Source: Octopus sinensis (taxonomy: Eukaryota). Taken from it: DNA of 64,000 bases. The position numbers and the translations under genes are program-made. The stretch covers positions 158,162,001 to 158,226,000 of the forward strand of contig NC_042998.1 of NCBI RefSeq assembly GCF_006345805.1, given 5' to 3'. Shown here piece after piece: positions 41,180-55,479 of this stretch. The stretch's first letter is position 1, and every line of letters starts with the position of its first letter. Below the pieces are notes generated by a model that saw only the letters and a list, made by a program, of their open reading frames with translations, was not told where the DNA came from and did no database searches.

Positions 41180-41690
41180 TACGAGCAAATTGCACTTATT
41201 CTTTGCTTTGCTTGATTCATTAAAGATTTTTCGTTTTATCTGAGAATATGCAGGTTTTATAGGAGTTGCTAATAGTTTTAATATCAGAGTTTAGTTAATA
41301 TTGGAAATTTCTGTTATGTTTAGAATTTTACTCTAGTAGTTTGATTTGAAAGGTTTCCGATATTGCAATGGATTCAGAAGAGGTTGTAATACATCTGAGC
41401 AGCTTCTGTCGTTTCTGCTTGGGATAAATCATCTTCGATGTTTATTTTATCTATTTGGGTGAAGAAGGGATAGCTTCGTAGTTTTATATTGAAATAACTA
41501 AGTGTAGTGTTACTTATATCTGATTCATGGAAAAATAACTCTCTTCTTCATATCTTTACGATGTAACATTTTCTGAAAAGGCCTTTTCAGGTAGAACTTT
41601 ATTTAATGGTATTGAGATGAAAACGCAATTTTTGTAGGGCTGTTTCCAAAGTCTCTAGTTTTTAATCGTGGGTAAAACTAGACTATGCGA
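41180..41690 (-). pseudogene. Penelope-like retroelement ORF remnant (pre-RT region)
   Basis: The minus strand 41321-41223 translates to NRNFQY*LNSDIKTISNSYKTCIFSDKTKNL, matching from recall the PLE motif FQxxLxxDIxxIxxSxxxxxxADKTxNL. Boundaries are uncertain. Confidence 0.5.
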
Positions 41691-41908
41691 GTATTGTCAC
41701 GAACAAAATAAGGGCAATTTATGTAGTACTCATATTGTGTGTGCATAAATGCATGTATTTATGTGTGCATGATGCATGTTTATACACACACACATACACA
41801 CACACACACACAAACACACACATATATATATATATATGTATCTGTGTCTGTATATATGTACATATATACGTATATGCACATATAATATATATATTATATA
41901 TGTACACG

Positions 41909-41939
<31 letters not shown>

Positions 41940-42141
41940 TGTGTGTGTGTGTGTGTATAAGGTGATAAGATGAGTATATAACGATAAATTATCCAGGTGG
42001 ATACCGTGATAGCTCTCAGGTATTTTCCAGGTTACGGCTAACCAGCAATCCCACAGTAATATTTCTGGTGGCTAACTCCGGGTTTCCCTCTTTGGATTAA
42101 GAATATTATCATACATACAGACAGTCACATATACACACACA

Positions 42142-42272
<131 letters not shown>

Positions 42273-42491
42273 ACTCACACAATAAGAATACTGAATACGC
42301 GAAAGATGTTTGTGTATGTGTGTGTGCGCGTGCGAATGTATGTAGAAAAGATAATTTTCATCCCAGCGCCAAGTTGGGTGCCGACTATATTTCGATCACT
42401 GGAGCTTATGTCTAGCGAATGCAGTTTTCTTTGATACAAAAAATATGGATGCAGCACAGCGTGTTAAGATTTGTTTGAGAGTTGGCAATAC

Positions 42492-43065
42492 TGGTTTCAA
42501 ATTTTTGCACAATGCTAGCAATTTTGAGGAGAAGGTAGTAAGTCGCTTACATTGACACCTGTATTCCACTGGCACTTATTTTATCGACTACGAAAGGATT
42601 AAAGATTAAGTTGGCCTCGGTCGAATTTGAACTCAGGACGTAAACATGGATGGAATACTGCTAAGCATTTTCCCCGGCTTGCTAACGATTCTGCCAGCTC
42701 ACCAGATTCATTAACACACCGAAGTCCACTTATGTTTTTATCCTATCTGGGTCGATAAAATAAGTACTAGTCGAATACTGGGGTTCGACGTAATTTACTT
42801 ACCTCCTCCTCTTGTGCTAAAATTTAAAACCAAGCCAATATGTATTTCTTTATTGCCCACAGGGGGCTAAACATAGAGGGCACAGACAAAGGGATTAAGT
42901 CGATTACATCGACCCCAGTGCATAACTGATACTTATTTAATCGACCCCGAAAGGATGAAAGACAAAGTCGACCTCGGTGGATTTCGAACTCAGAACGTAA
43001 CGGCAGACGAAATATCGCTAGGCAGTTCGCCCGGCGTGCTAACAATTCTGCCAGCTTGCCGTCCT
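42492..43065 (-). mobile_element. Cluster of SINE family 1 copies (42492-42705 -, ~42720-42830 + partial, 42845-43065 -; another at 43445-43620 -)
   Basis: Repeated consensus blocks gaccccgaaaggatgaaag.caaagtcgacctcgg..gatttgaactcag and gctaac.attctgccagct. Confidence 0.85.
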
Positions 43066-43823
43066 AAAACCAAATCATACTTATAAATAGCTAATATCTT
43101 CAATGTCATTCCCTATTTAAGATTGATTACTTCTCGCAAGATAGATGAAAATAATAGAATAGTGCAGCTTTCAAGGTAGAAAAGATGAGTGTATAACAAT
43201 GAATATAATGTACAAGAGTACAAGAAAAATGATTTTAAGTATTTAGATACAATCTTTTACCTTATAAGCTCAAATTCCGGTGACGCTGAAGAAAATCATA
43301 TCCATCAACTACTAGTATATATATAATCGACTATATACCAATGTTTGTGTCATTGTAATTTCATAATCATCATCATTAATACTATTTACATACCTATGAC
43401 TTAAATTGAAATATTTGATTTGGGAAGTTCATCTAATAATCATTTCGAATTTTGGCAAATATCCAGCAATTTCGACGGAGGGGTAAGTCGACTATATCGA
43501 CCCCGTTGCTCAACAAGTACTTATTTTTTAGACCCCGAAATGATAAAAGGGAAGTCGACCTCAGAACGTAAAGCGGGTCGAAATGACACCAATCTTGTTA
43601 ACGTTTCTGCTAGCTCGTAGCTTAAGGTGTCCATATAATAATACCGGTTATCCACCCACTATAAATTTGTGGCTTTTCGCAACGTAGTTCAAGGCTTTTC
43701 CATTTCCCCCTCTCTCTCTTTTTCTTTCTCACTAGCTTTTTGTCTGTCTGTCTCTCTCTATCTCTTTCTCTCTCTCTTCTCTTCTCTCTCTCCTCTCTCT
43801 CTCTCTCTTAGTTCTCTACCTTC

Positions 43824-43898
<75 letters not shown>

Positions 43899-44104
43899 AT
43901 ACACCAAAGTTTACCTAAAACTTCAAGTAACTATGTAACAAAGAAAAGAGCGAACAGAAAAAGTGAAATGACTGAGAAAAAAACTGAGTAGGATTAGGAA
44001 GAAGACTATGATGTTTACGATAATGATGGAGATGACGACGCCAACCATGATGGTGACGGCGGTAATGATGATGATGGTGTTGGTGGTGGTGGTGGTGGTG
44101 GTGG

Positions 44105-44147
<43 letters not shown>

Positions 44148-44976
44148 AAAGATGATGATGATCAACAGCTACAAGAATAACAAAATACACTAACAACAAT
44201 AAAACAACACTGATGCCAATAAAAATCTTTGCAAAAAAAAAAGACGTCGTTTGTAAAATGGCTAGTACTGCTTGACAACAGAACAGTTTGGAAGATGCAG
44301 CAGCAGTAGCGAAAGAAGAAGAAGAAGAAGAAGAAAGAAGAAGAAGAAGAAGAAGAAGAAGAAGAAAAGAAGAAGAAGAAGAAGAAGAAGAAGAAGAAGA
44401 AAAGAGAAGAAGAAGAAGAAGAAGAAGAAGAAGAAGAAGAAGAGAAGAAGAAGAAGAAGAAAAGAAGAAGAAAGAGAAAAGAAGAAAGAAGAAGAAGAAG
44501 AAGAAGAAATTGTCCGCTCTCTGCTTGTTTCAGTGAACCGACCATTATTTTGATCTTTCATGTATTCATGAGTAAGTAGTGTCGTGTTTAATTGCCTTTG
44601 TTGCGAGATCGAGAGATGACAATATATATATATATATATTAATATATATATAATATATATATATATATATGTATAATGTATGTTTATGTATGTATGGTAT
44701 GTATGTATATATAGATATAATATATTATATATATGTATGTTATGGATGATGGATGGTAATATATTCATATATATGTACGTATATATATGTATATGTGTGT
44801 GTATGTGTGTTGAGAATGATACGGGGAAGGTTGGTGTGAGATGGAGAGATGCACTAATTTTCAGCATCATGGTTAGAATTCGTAGTAGAAATTGGCTTGA
44901 AAATATCATACTGAAGTACTAAATTAAAGAAACAAAAGTAGAGGAAGCAGGAGATATAGTGACAGAAAGAGAGAGC

Positions 44977-45044
<68 letters not shown>

Positions 45045-46035
45045 GGACAGAAACAGAGACAGACAGATAGACAGGCAGACAGACAGACACAGAGAGGGAG
45101 AGAGATGGAAAGAGAGAGAAGGGTGGGGTAATAGAAAGTCGCTGTAGTCGCTGAGATTCGCTGAGAATTGCTGAGAGAAAAACGAAAGCGTTCTATCTCA
45201 AAAAGTGAAATCGTCATGGTATGGCTGGTCATAAGAGCAAGCCTCTCCTCCGCTCTCTTTTTCTCTCTCGCTCGCTCACTGTATATTAGGGGGAAGAAAA
45301 TCGAATGAAAAGATAAAAAGATGAAGGAGAACGATAGAGATACAGTGGGAAAGACAGAGAAGTGGACAGAGGGAAAAGCTGAGAGACAGAGTGTAAGAAA
45401 ACTATAATATCCGCTAAAGAGAAGCCATCACAGTATGTCTTGTAGGAACAAATACTTATTCTCTGGCTCTCTACCTACATCTATGTCTATTACTCTTCCT
45501 CTTGTCGCTCTCTGTCTTCTTATTTCTCCCTTTCTTTCCTTCTCACTTTTTTTCTCTCTGTATGTAAAACAGACAGAAACTGGCAAAAATATAGTTATAT
45601 TGAGGCAGAAAGAAAAAGGGGGGGGGGAAAGGAGATAATGAGAATTGTATAAAGATAAAGAATGGAAGAAAGGGAAAATAAGAGAAACGGCATGTGAAAT
45701 CAGAGCATGGTTTATTATAGAGGAAAATACATCCTAGTTCTCTGGAGCGTTTTCTTTTTTCTTCTCTTATCTCTCTCTCTTTTCTTTTTATCCCTCTGTC
45801 ATCTGTCTCCCTCTCTCTTTCTCTCTTTCTCTCCCCCTTCTGTTTATCTCTGTCTCTCTTTTTACTCTCTCTATATTGGTCACTGGCAAGCCCAAATATA
45901 CATAAGAAAAATGGATAGGTGAGAGAAAAGAGTGGCAAAAAGACAAAAATATATAAAGAAAGCGAGAGAGAGAGAGAGAGGAGAGAGTGAGAAAGAGACA
46001 GACAGACAGACACAGACACACACACACACACACAC

Positions 46036-46414
46036 CAAAGATGTAGAAGGAGGAGAAAACGCAAAGAAAATGCTGTTCGCTATGATTATAAAGATGCAAC
46101 TTGTACTGGTGCTGTTGCGACGACAACGACAACCACGACGATGATGACGATGATGAGGAAGTGCAAGATGAGGATGAAGAGGATGATGATATGGTGGGGT
46201 GATGAACAAAAATTCCACGAATGTTGCTGGAACTAAATCTCTGAATTTTAGAGTAACCTGGCGATCGCCATCATCATAATTACAACAATCAACATCCTTT
46301 ATGACTTCATTAACACCACTAACATCATTCAGCATAGACGATCTGCTAGAGATAGTAGCCAGATCTTCATCCAGTCTTAATTTATAAAAAGGAAGTGCAC
46401 ATTGTATAATTTCA
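46036..46414 (-). CDS. Possible internal coding exon of an unidentified host gene
   Basis: T-rich acceptor ttttttttcctgacag|, open frame EIIQCALPFYKLRLDEDLATISSRSSMLNDVSG...PPSTSL, donor TTG|gtgtgt. No recognisable homology, and part is derived from GAT repeats. Confidence 0.2.
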
Positions 46415-46672
46415 CTGTCAGGAAAAAAAAACATCAAAATGCAATTAAAAAGAAAACATATGATGGCATGGTCATGATTACAATTCTTTTGATCATAGCT
46501 CTGTTCTATCAAAATTAACATTGTCACTCTCGCTATCATCAACATCACTATTATGACTACCAGCACTATCACCATCCTCATTAGGATAATAATGATGAAG
46601 CTGACGATAATGATGATGATCATCATCAACAGTGGTAGCAGCATCATTACCACCACCACCACCACCATCATG

Positions 46673-46707
<35 letters not shown>

Positions 46708-47010
46708 TTTCACTAAGAGTTTCTCATATATCGTTTCGTTTCGGGAATTTTTAATAATCTTTTTTTTTTCTTTGTTTTCGTTTTAGATTATTTACAATTC
46801 GATCATTTTTTTAATTCTTGGCATAATGCGTTCTGTCCTTATTATTATCATTGTTCTTGTTGCTGTTTTTATTGTCGCTGTAACTGCTTCTTCCTTAATA
46901 TTTTTCGCTTCCTTTGTCAGGTATCTCATTTTTATACTTATATATTTTTTAAGGGACACATTGTTTATTTTATTCTTTTTCGTTTCATTTTCAAATTGTT
47001 TTACGTATAG

Positions 47011-47058
<48 letters not shown>

Positions 47059-48037
47059 GTGTGTGTGTGTGTGTGTGTGTGTTTATTTGTATGTATGTAC
47101 GTATATGCATATACATACATATATATGTATATATATATATATATATGTGCCTGTATTTTGTGTGATAGTATGCGTTTGTGCATGTATGCGTATAATATAA
47201 TATGTGTGTGTGTGTGCGCGTGTGTGTGTGTGTGTTTGTGTATGCACATACATAAATAAACACAAGTAAATATTACATACATATATATATACACAAGACA
47301 CAAAGACCCGCATTATTTTCAGTTGTTTCTGGAAAACTAGTCGATCCAATTAAAGACGGATTGTACAAGATTTCTCTTAACTTGTTACAGATAATAATTC
47401 GTTGCCGTGTGAGTTGGCATATTGTTTCTTGTATATGTACTTTTTAATTTTTTTTTTTTTGGCAGACGCTCATGTATGTGAGCATGCATGGAAGCAAGCG
47501 TGTGCCAAAAGAAAGTATTTAAAAAGCAGAAGAGAAAAAATACAGAATGCCATGTGCACACACATACTTTTTGTGTAGGTATATACATATGTGCGTCTAT
47601 GTCTATATACAAATAAATATATCCATGCATATAAGTACACACGTTTTCAAATCTAGAAAATGAACACATATCCAGGCACACTACATCACTCACCATGCTT
47701 GTATATACAACGAGTTTTCACGTTTCCAAAGCTTATATACACACGTTAACTCCTATCCAGTCATATTATTCCATACACACACAACAAACACACACATGCA
47801 CGCACACATACGTGCACACACATGTATACATACATAAATACATGCATACATACATACATACATACATACATACATACATACATACATACATACATACATG
47901 CACACACACACACACATACATATATGTATTTATGTATTGTACGATACAACTACATTCCAAAATTATCTACACACTTAAACATAGCTATGTTTCAATATAC
48001 GCTCGCCAAAGTAGAGATATAGCTTGTATTATTATTG

Positions 48038-48977
48038 CTAGCAAATCTACCCATCTACGATGGAAGCCTAAAATGAAGTAGGGAAGCCATAACAGCAGTA
48101 TGTACTGAGAAATGTGTAAATGGACTTGATATATTACTGGGTGATGTCTTGGAGAAATCACATTATTGTTGGTGATACAGCATTCTATTGCGGTTATATG
48201 ACATGCATTTGCGACTAAGTGACGTGTGATGACGATTCACTCCCGACCTGAAATAGACTCCCAGCCTCTGTATCATGAATGGTATTGTGGACCACTCCTA
48301 ATGAAAGCCAGACCTTCTTTCGACCACTACATGAAAATTATTAAGAAAAAAATGTTATTTAGATATACTTTTATTTTACTTGTTTACGCTATTTTACGCT
48401 TGTTATACATTCAAAGTTCACAAATTTCTTTATTTAAATTATAAATCATATTCCTTTCGATAATATCAGTATGATTACAAAACTTATTTGTTGACGATTT
48501 TTCTGTTTGGTCAACACTAATTTTCAAATTATTGGAGTTCGTTGCTCTACTAATTGCGACGTATAACCGGCCGTGTGTAAACATCGAAGTGGGTAAAAAC
48601 ACACCTACACTAACTAAAGTCTAGCCATGTGTCTTGTTTGCTGTGAATGCGTGAGCGGAACCTTTAGGAATCTGCCCATCTACGATGGGAAATAAAGGGA
48701 TAGTATCGCAAATCTAAACCTTCTAACTTCACAAACTATACGGGGTTGAGGGAATCCAGAGTTAATCCTGTTCACCGGAATTTTAACAAAAAAGTCAAAA
48801 GTGATTTATTAATACAAATCTCAGTCTCCACTAAATAATCATATTTTTTCACATTTTTTCCTGATTACCTCCTTCGTAATCTCGAAAAACATCGTGACTA
48901 TTGGTGCTGCCATCTGACCGCGAAAAGAGAACAGGCAGACGGACAGACAAATGAATATAACGCCCATTATAGTAAGA
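48038..48977 (-). mobile_element. Non-autonomous Helitron with a helicase C-terminal fragment and two 3' termini
   Basis: 5' end TCttactataatggg...ttgtctgtccgtctg near 48977. 3' hairpin ccatcgtagatgg plus CTAG (48041-48038). Internal FAFTANKTHG*TL..VGVFLPTSMFTHGRLYVAISR matches the PIF1 motif FAMTINKSQGQ...HGQLYVALSR. Confidence 0.8.
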
Positions 48978-49265
48978 AGTTGACTTCCTTTTGCTTCTTT
49001 TATTTGTTATCTTCAAACTCCAAAGAATTCTTCTCAACACATGGCTATGGTGCTCCCTCTCTATTTCTGCCCATGATGAGAGACGCGCATATCGTCATCC
49101 ACCAAGGGACATGCTCAACTGGATAAGATCAAACAAGTGACAAGCAAATCTGTGCCACTGAGCAAAATATTTGCCGTGACTCAATTCTTACACCAAGACA
49201 AAACATGTACACGATAACATTTCTCATCAGTTAAGATCCAGTGCCTGATATTGCATCAGGGCATA

Positions 49266-49343
<78 letters not shown>

Positions 49344-49396
49344 TTATCATTATTATTATTGTTGTTGTTGTTGTTGTTGTTCTTTTTCTTCTTCTT

Positions 49397-49461
<65 letters not shown>

Positions 49462-49484
49462 TACTATTATTATTATTATTATTA

Positions 49485-49813
49485 CATGTTTGACTTTTGC
49501 TTTATATTTGTACAAGTTGGATCCAAGTCTCACCCAGAGACCTCAAGAGACAACAGGTTGGAAGTTCATGTTGTTGTTATGCCTAGTGTGCCATATATTT
49601 GGTTTTGTATTTAGTGTTGTACTTGTGAATGTTCTAAAAAAAAACATACGAAAATTATGTTTGTTTTAAAACTTGAGATTACATAGAAAGTATTTTGCGT
49701 AGGATATGAGCAGTTCCCATGAGCACTATCTTTTGAATTAGGTAGCAATCAGCCCCTTTTGCTATAATTCCCAGGGCACCTATGACAACAGTATTGTTTT
49801 AGTCGTCAGGTTC

Positions 49814-49862
<49 letters not shown>

Positions 49863-50191
49863 CATGTTTGACTTTTGCTTTATATTTGTACAAGTTGGAT
49901 CCAAGTCTCACCCAGAGACCTCAAGAGACAACAGGTTGGAAGTTCATGTTGTTGTTATGCCTAGTGTGCCATATATTTGGTTTTGTATTTAGTGTTGTAC
50001 TTGTGAATGTCTAAAAAAAAACATACGAAAATTATGTTTGTTTTAAAACTTGAGATTACATAGAAAGTATTTTGCGTAGGATATGAGCAGTTCCCATGAG
50101 CACTATCTTTTGAATTAGGTAGCAATCAGCCCCTTTTGCTATAATTCCCAGGGCACCTATGACAACAGGTATTGTTTTAGTCGTCAGGTTC

Positions 50192-50193
<2 letters not shown>
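49485..50193 (-). mobile_element. Two tandem 3' fragments of an R4/Dong-like (RLE-endonuclease) non-LTR retrotransposon in (TAA)n
   Basis: Copies at 49485-49815 and 49863-50193. 50193-50056 encodes WNLTTKTIPVVIGALGIIAKG...IQKIVLMGTAHILRKILSM*, typical of the RLE C-terminus. Each copy is embedded in (ATT)n. Confidence 0.8.
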
Positions 50194-50240
<47 letters not shown>

Positions 50241-50336
50241 CACGTATACATACATACACACATACATACATACATACATACATTCATACATACATACATA
50301 CATACATACATACATACATACATACATACATACATA

Positions 50337-51200
50337 CGAGGTGGTGTGAAAAAGGTCCCTAGACTAAAGATGGCAGCACACATTTACGTGCACAGTGAGA
50401 GCTAGTAATGACCTTCATGAACCAGTGTGCCGCGTGTCATCGCTGTGTTTACTTAGCAAGTTGAAAAATTTGTGTTTTTTTTATCATGTATATGCTATAG
50501 TCTGCGATTTTGTCATGGGCAGAAAAAAAGAGCCAACGTGAAATTCGGCGTTAAACTGCTTCATTGAGCCTGTTTCGGGAAGCTTATGGCGACGAGACAA
50601 TGGGTCGTGCGCAATGATTCGAGTAGCACAAGCGCTCCAAAAGCGGAAAAAAGTTCCTGGATGATGAGCCATCTGGAACACCTGCCACGAACGTCATACC
50701 CCTGGAACTGTGATATTGTGCATCTACAATTCGCTCCCCCCCCCGCCGCCGCCAGTGCCAGACCGTTAATCGTGAGTTCTACTGCGGCGTTTTGAAGCAT
50801 TTGAGGGAGGACATTCAGCAAAAGCAACATTCTTTGGAGTGCGAAGAATTAGATTCTCGACGACGACAAGGAACCCTGTCACCAAGCTCTCCTCACTCTC
50901 CTCATCCGCCCAATTCGCCAGATTTAGCACAAGCGGACCCCCGACTCTTCTCCAAAATGAAAATGCAGTTCAAAAGTTACCGCTTTAAATCTGTTGTCGA
51001 GATCAAGAGCGAATCGCAGAAGGTCCTCGACTCGCTCATAAAAAAAAGACCAAAAAAAAAACCCAAGAAAATAACGACTTCCAGAACAGATTCCAAAAGT
51101 GGTAGGAACGGTGGGACTGGTGGATTGCTGCGCAAAGTGACTATTTCGAAGGAGATGGTGCTAAAACTTAGACAAATAAGAGCCTTTTGATACCACCTCG
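50337..51200 (+). mobile_element. Decayed mariner transposon
   Basis: TIRs cgaggtggtgtgaaaaagg / ccttttgataccacctcg with TA on both sides. RANVKFGVKL N-terminus; HPPNSPDLAQAD..LFSKMK. Confidence 0.88.
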
Positions 51201-51987
51201 TACAAACACACAAACACACACACTCACACACACACACAATTAAATTGTTTGCTTATTTGAATTGACTGTGTGTGTGTGTGTGTGTGTTGGTATAAATATA
51301 TATATTAATTACATTACTTAACACAAACTATTTGAAAGCGTTATATTTATCATGCTAATCTCTATTTTCTAACGTCCCAAACAGCGATCACTGGTTATAT
51401 AGTCAGACCGTATCATTCCCTTTTCTTGTAATTTCCACAAACAGTCTGTGCTTACCGCACTATTAATCTTTCTTTCTGTATACTCTTAATATATGAATTT
51501 CTATGTTCCATTTATCATAATATCTAAATTTTTGAAGCTTCAGTTGAGAATTGAAGGTGTATGTTTAAAACCAATAACTTTAATTTATAACTGTAAGACT
51601 ACAAAACTGGTTGGTTATACTATATGTCAGGAGAAAAACAACTACGACACACACACACATACATACATAGATATCTTTATAAACGTATTTCTATGTTCGA
51701 TTATACCTACGGGATTATTATATTTTTTGTTACTATTTCTATTTTAGTTGGATATTTCTTATGACAAATGAGACGCAGGATCACTGAATGCCAGTCAATC
51801 GTTGCAATAGTTGGGAACTGAATGTGATATTTTTGAAGCAAGTAGTTTTAATTAATAACTGTAAAACAATGAAACGGAATGGTTATAATATATGTCAGGG
51901 GAGAACAATAAGTAAACTAGCAATCGGAGCAGAGTTATTCATTAAAGTTGGAATTCTAATTCAATGTTGCTGTTGTCGTTAGTATTG

Positions 51988-52019
<32 letters not shown>

Positions 52020-52203
52020 GGTGAAGCGGTAATGATGATGGTCGTAGTGGCAGTGGTGGTACTGTTGCTGGTAGTTTATGTTGGTATTGATGTAATTGTT
52101 GTTGTTTAACCCAGTTCAAATCTTATTGATCATATCATGTTTTATAAGCACTACATGATCTAATACGCCCATTGTTCTCCCAGTATGCTAGGGACTGATT
52201 TAA

Positions 52204-52503
<300 letters not shown>

Positions 52504-52569
52504 CAACGATCAAACTACAAGGAAATTCTCTAGAGGAAAAATACAGCGAAAAATACATGTATATATATA

Positions 52570-53170
52570 TATATAAATATAAAATTAATAAATAAATAAA
52601 ACATATGCATATATACATACATATATGTACGTACCTACCTCTACATGTGTATATACATGCATATATGGGTACAGGACACCAAAAAAACGTCGAACACAAT
52701 GAGAAACGAAAACATAAACACAAAACCAAGGAAATGGACATTTTTCTCAAACAACGAAAAAATAGAGTACAGGACATACAAAACAAGGAAAATTCCTTTT
52801 CTTCAGTCGCTTTTGTTTCCTCTACTCCACGTTTCGAAGGTCAAGGCGATACATGACTTTAATGAAACAATCCTTCCCGCGAAAATCAAATTAAATAAAA
52901 TTTGAGATTTTTTTGCGGAAGGGTAAAAATGGTAACAAAAACAGGACAGTAACGACAGTACAAAATATAAACAGTAAAAGACAGGACAAGGAGAATAACA
53001 GTAACACAAACAAGAAGGGCTGTTAAGCCGAACGAGATAAAATATTTTACGAACACTATTTTTTGAGAACGGCGAAGGAGCAACAGAAAGTGCCGTCTCT
53101 ACTTGAAGGCACCCAGGACAGAATGTCAGTAGCAGAGCTCTCGTCGCAGGTCAACGACTGGAGGGAGGAG
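52570..53170 (-). mobile_element. Dispersed repeat family X, copy D; rearranged hammerhead motif at 52795-52856
   Basis: Closest to copy C. The motif reads ucauGUA|ucgcc-uuga-ccuuc-GAAA-cgugg...agcga-CUGAAGA-aaagg. Confidence 0.85.
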
Positions 53171-53176
53171 GAGGAG

Positions 53177-53207
<31 letters not shown>

Positions 53208-55434
53208 CACACGCATACATACATACACACAAACATACATACATACATGCACACCACCATTATTCTCACGCTCAGACTAACCAATACCACAAAATTTACA
53301 CAGCTACTACACGCATTTCAACATACACAGTACTCCTCATCAAGCACTCGTTGCAAACAGTATTTTCCCTTTAAGTTCACACACACACTCTAAAAACTGT
53401 TCTCCTTCCCGTCTTGATCTCCGCTCGCTTTTGGCTCTTCACCTTCTCCTTGCATCCTTTCTCAATTCAGTTTTCTTCAGACATTAATTGTGATTGCAAT
53501 CTCAAATCAATGCTTATGAAGACTACTGGTAAAACGAAAGATATTCGCCTGCGTGAGTTTCTTTCAATTATCTGATAATTCCCTAATATACGTTCCATCA
53601 TATGCAAGTCGAAGACCTGAATATTATAACTGAAACTCTATTTTCTATTAAATCTATAATACTACCTTTTTCTGCACTCCGTGTCTGTATTGGTACGTCC
53701 TGCATTACTCCCGCTTCTCTCTCCCCACCTCTCTCTCTCGTTATATATACGAGATTGTAATCTCATGGATTAGTATGTGCGGGGCGCAGCTGAAAAAGAC
53801 TATATCCACTCTGCTTGCGAATACTAAACCGAGCTAGTGGTCAAGATGTAGGAAGTGTTAGAAGATCTTCTCAGGGACATAATGAAGGACGCATGCGCCA
53901 GATTCTAGTGTTATTTTGAGGCCGTGGTAGAAGCTGAGAGTAACCACTTTGAGTAAACTATTATCCCCCAGCCATGATCTAGTTGATATTTTTTATATTT
54001 TTTAAATTACTTTGATTTTGGGGTAGGATATTCTGTAGACTTTTTCTTTAATGCAAACAGACAAATTTAGTTCTAACACTTTGTACTTCTAGAGACCAGT
54101 GGCTAAAGTGTATGGGTTGGTGACTTGAATACAAAGCACTCGAGCTGTCTTTCTTTCGCTGTAATTAGAATGTTCGTCTGTGTAGCAGCAGTACCTTACA
54201 CATTTAAGAGTAGTACACCGTAGGTCTCACCTAAATTTTGTAGAGAACTAGTAGTTGTGGGCAAAAAGATTTACTGATCGAGCAGAGGAAAGTCAGTCTT
54301 TGTGATGCAATCATTGCAACATTAAGTATTCTCATTCATCAACGGATACACTCAGTCTTATGGGGTTTTAACACTTTTAGCAAACTTGAATGATACTTCT
54401 ATGGGCCGTTTCTGCTTATGAATGAATGAGATCTGATAATTGTTTCTTAATATGTGTTGTTGTTGCATCTAGGTATCTTTTAAAGTGATCTCGCTCGTTT
54501 CGATTTCTAAGTTAATGCTTACTGATTCAGTGATAGTTTGGCCTGGGGTTACAAAACTTTACACATGAATGAAGAATGGCGTTAGAATAAGATTCGGCGT
54601 CGCTGACTTAACATATAAGTCGTAAATGCATGGAGAAAAGGGAGTAGTGGTAAACTAAAACTTGGAACCTACAAGAGTTGATTTAAGGTCGATGAGAGAG
54701 AAATCTTAGCTGTATCCGAAGCGATAGTATAATCTAACAGGAAGCCACCAATCCAAGAGAGACGGTGGCCACCAATCCAAGAGAGTAGGTAGTTTTGTGA
54801 AGGAGATTCGTGCCATGACATTTTGGGAGTGAAAAAAATTGACATGACAAGAAAGATTTGTTTTCTTGGCAACTGAATACACTTTGGCCTGTTTTCATGT
54901 TTTAGAAGGTAACTTTCACAAATATAATCATAGGATGATAGTCAAGATATGTATTGGAGGCTCAGATTGTCTAAAATGATTTACAGCAGAAAACCCTAAA
55001 ATATATGGCTAGCATTCTTGATAATAAAATGCAGGAGTGACATCTTGGCAATACACGTAGAAGATATTCTCTATCAAGGAAAGAAGCATTTTCTGTTCTG
55101 AAGCGTAAGAATCAACTATCTCCTATAAACTGTCGAATTGATTCGGTATCTTAAAAGGCATGTTTATGTTCTTGTAAGCCTTTTGCTATATTTCTAAATG
55201 GGGCACTACACATCTACATTTTTTCAATTCACTTAGCTTATTGTACACTGGGAAACAGGAGATTTCGCGGAGCTCACTTGCCACAAATAATGGAGTGTCT
55301 GACGTTAAGAACCTTGATTTTCTTTGCTTTAAAAACGGACGGAAGATGTTTTTGACTAATTCTTCGAAACATAGATCATCCCTAGTTTCTTTGGAATTTA
55401 GGTTTTACTCATATTAGGAGAGCTGATAATCTGT

Positions 55435-55479
<45 letters not shown>

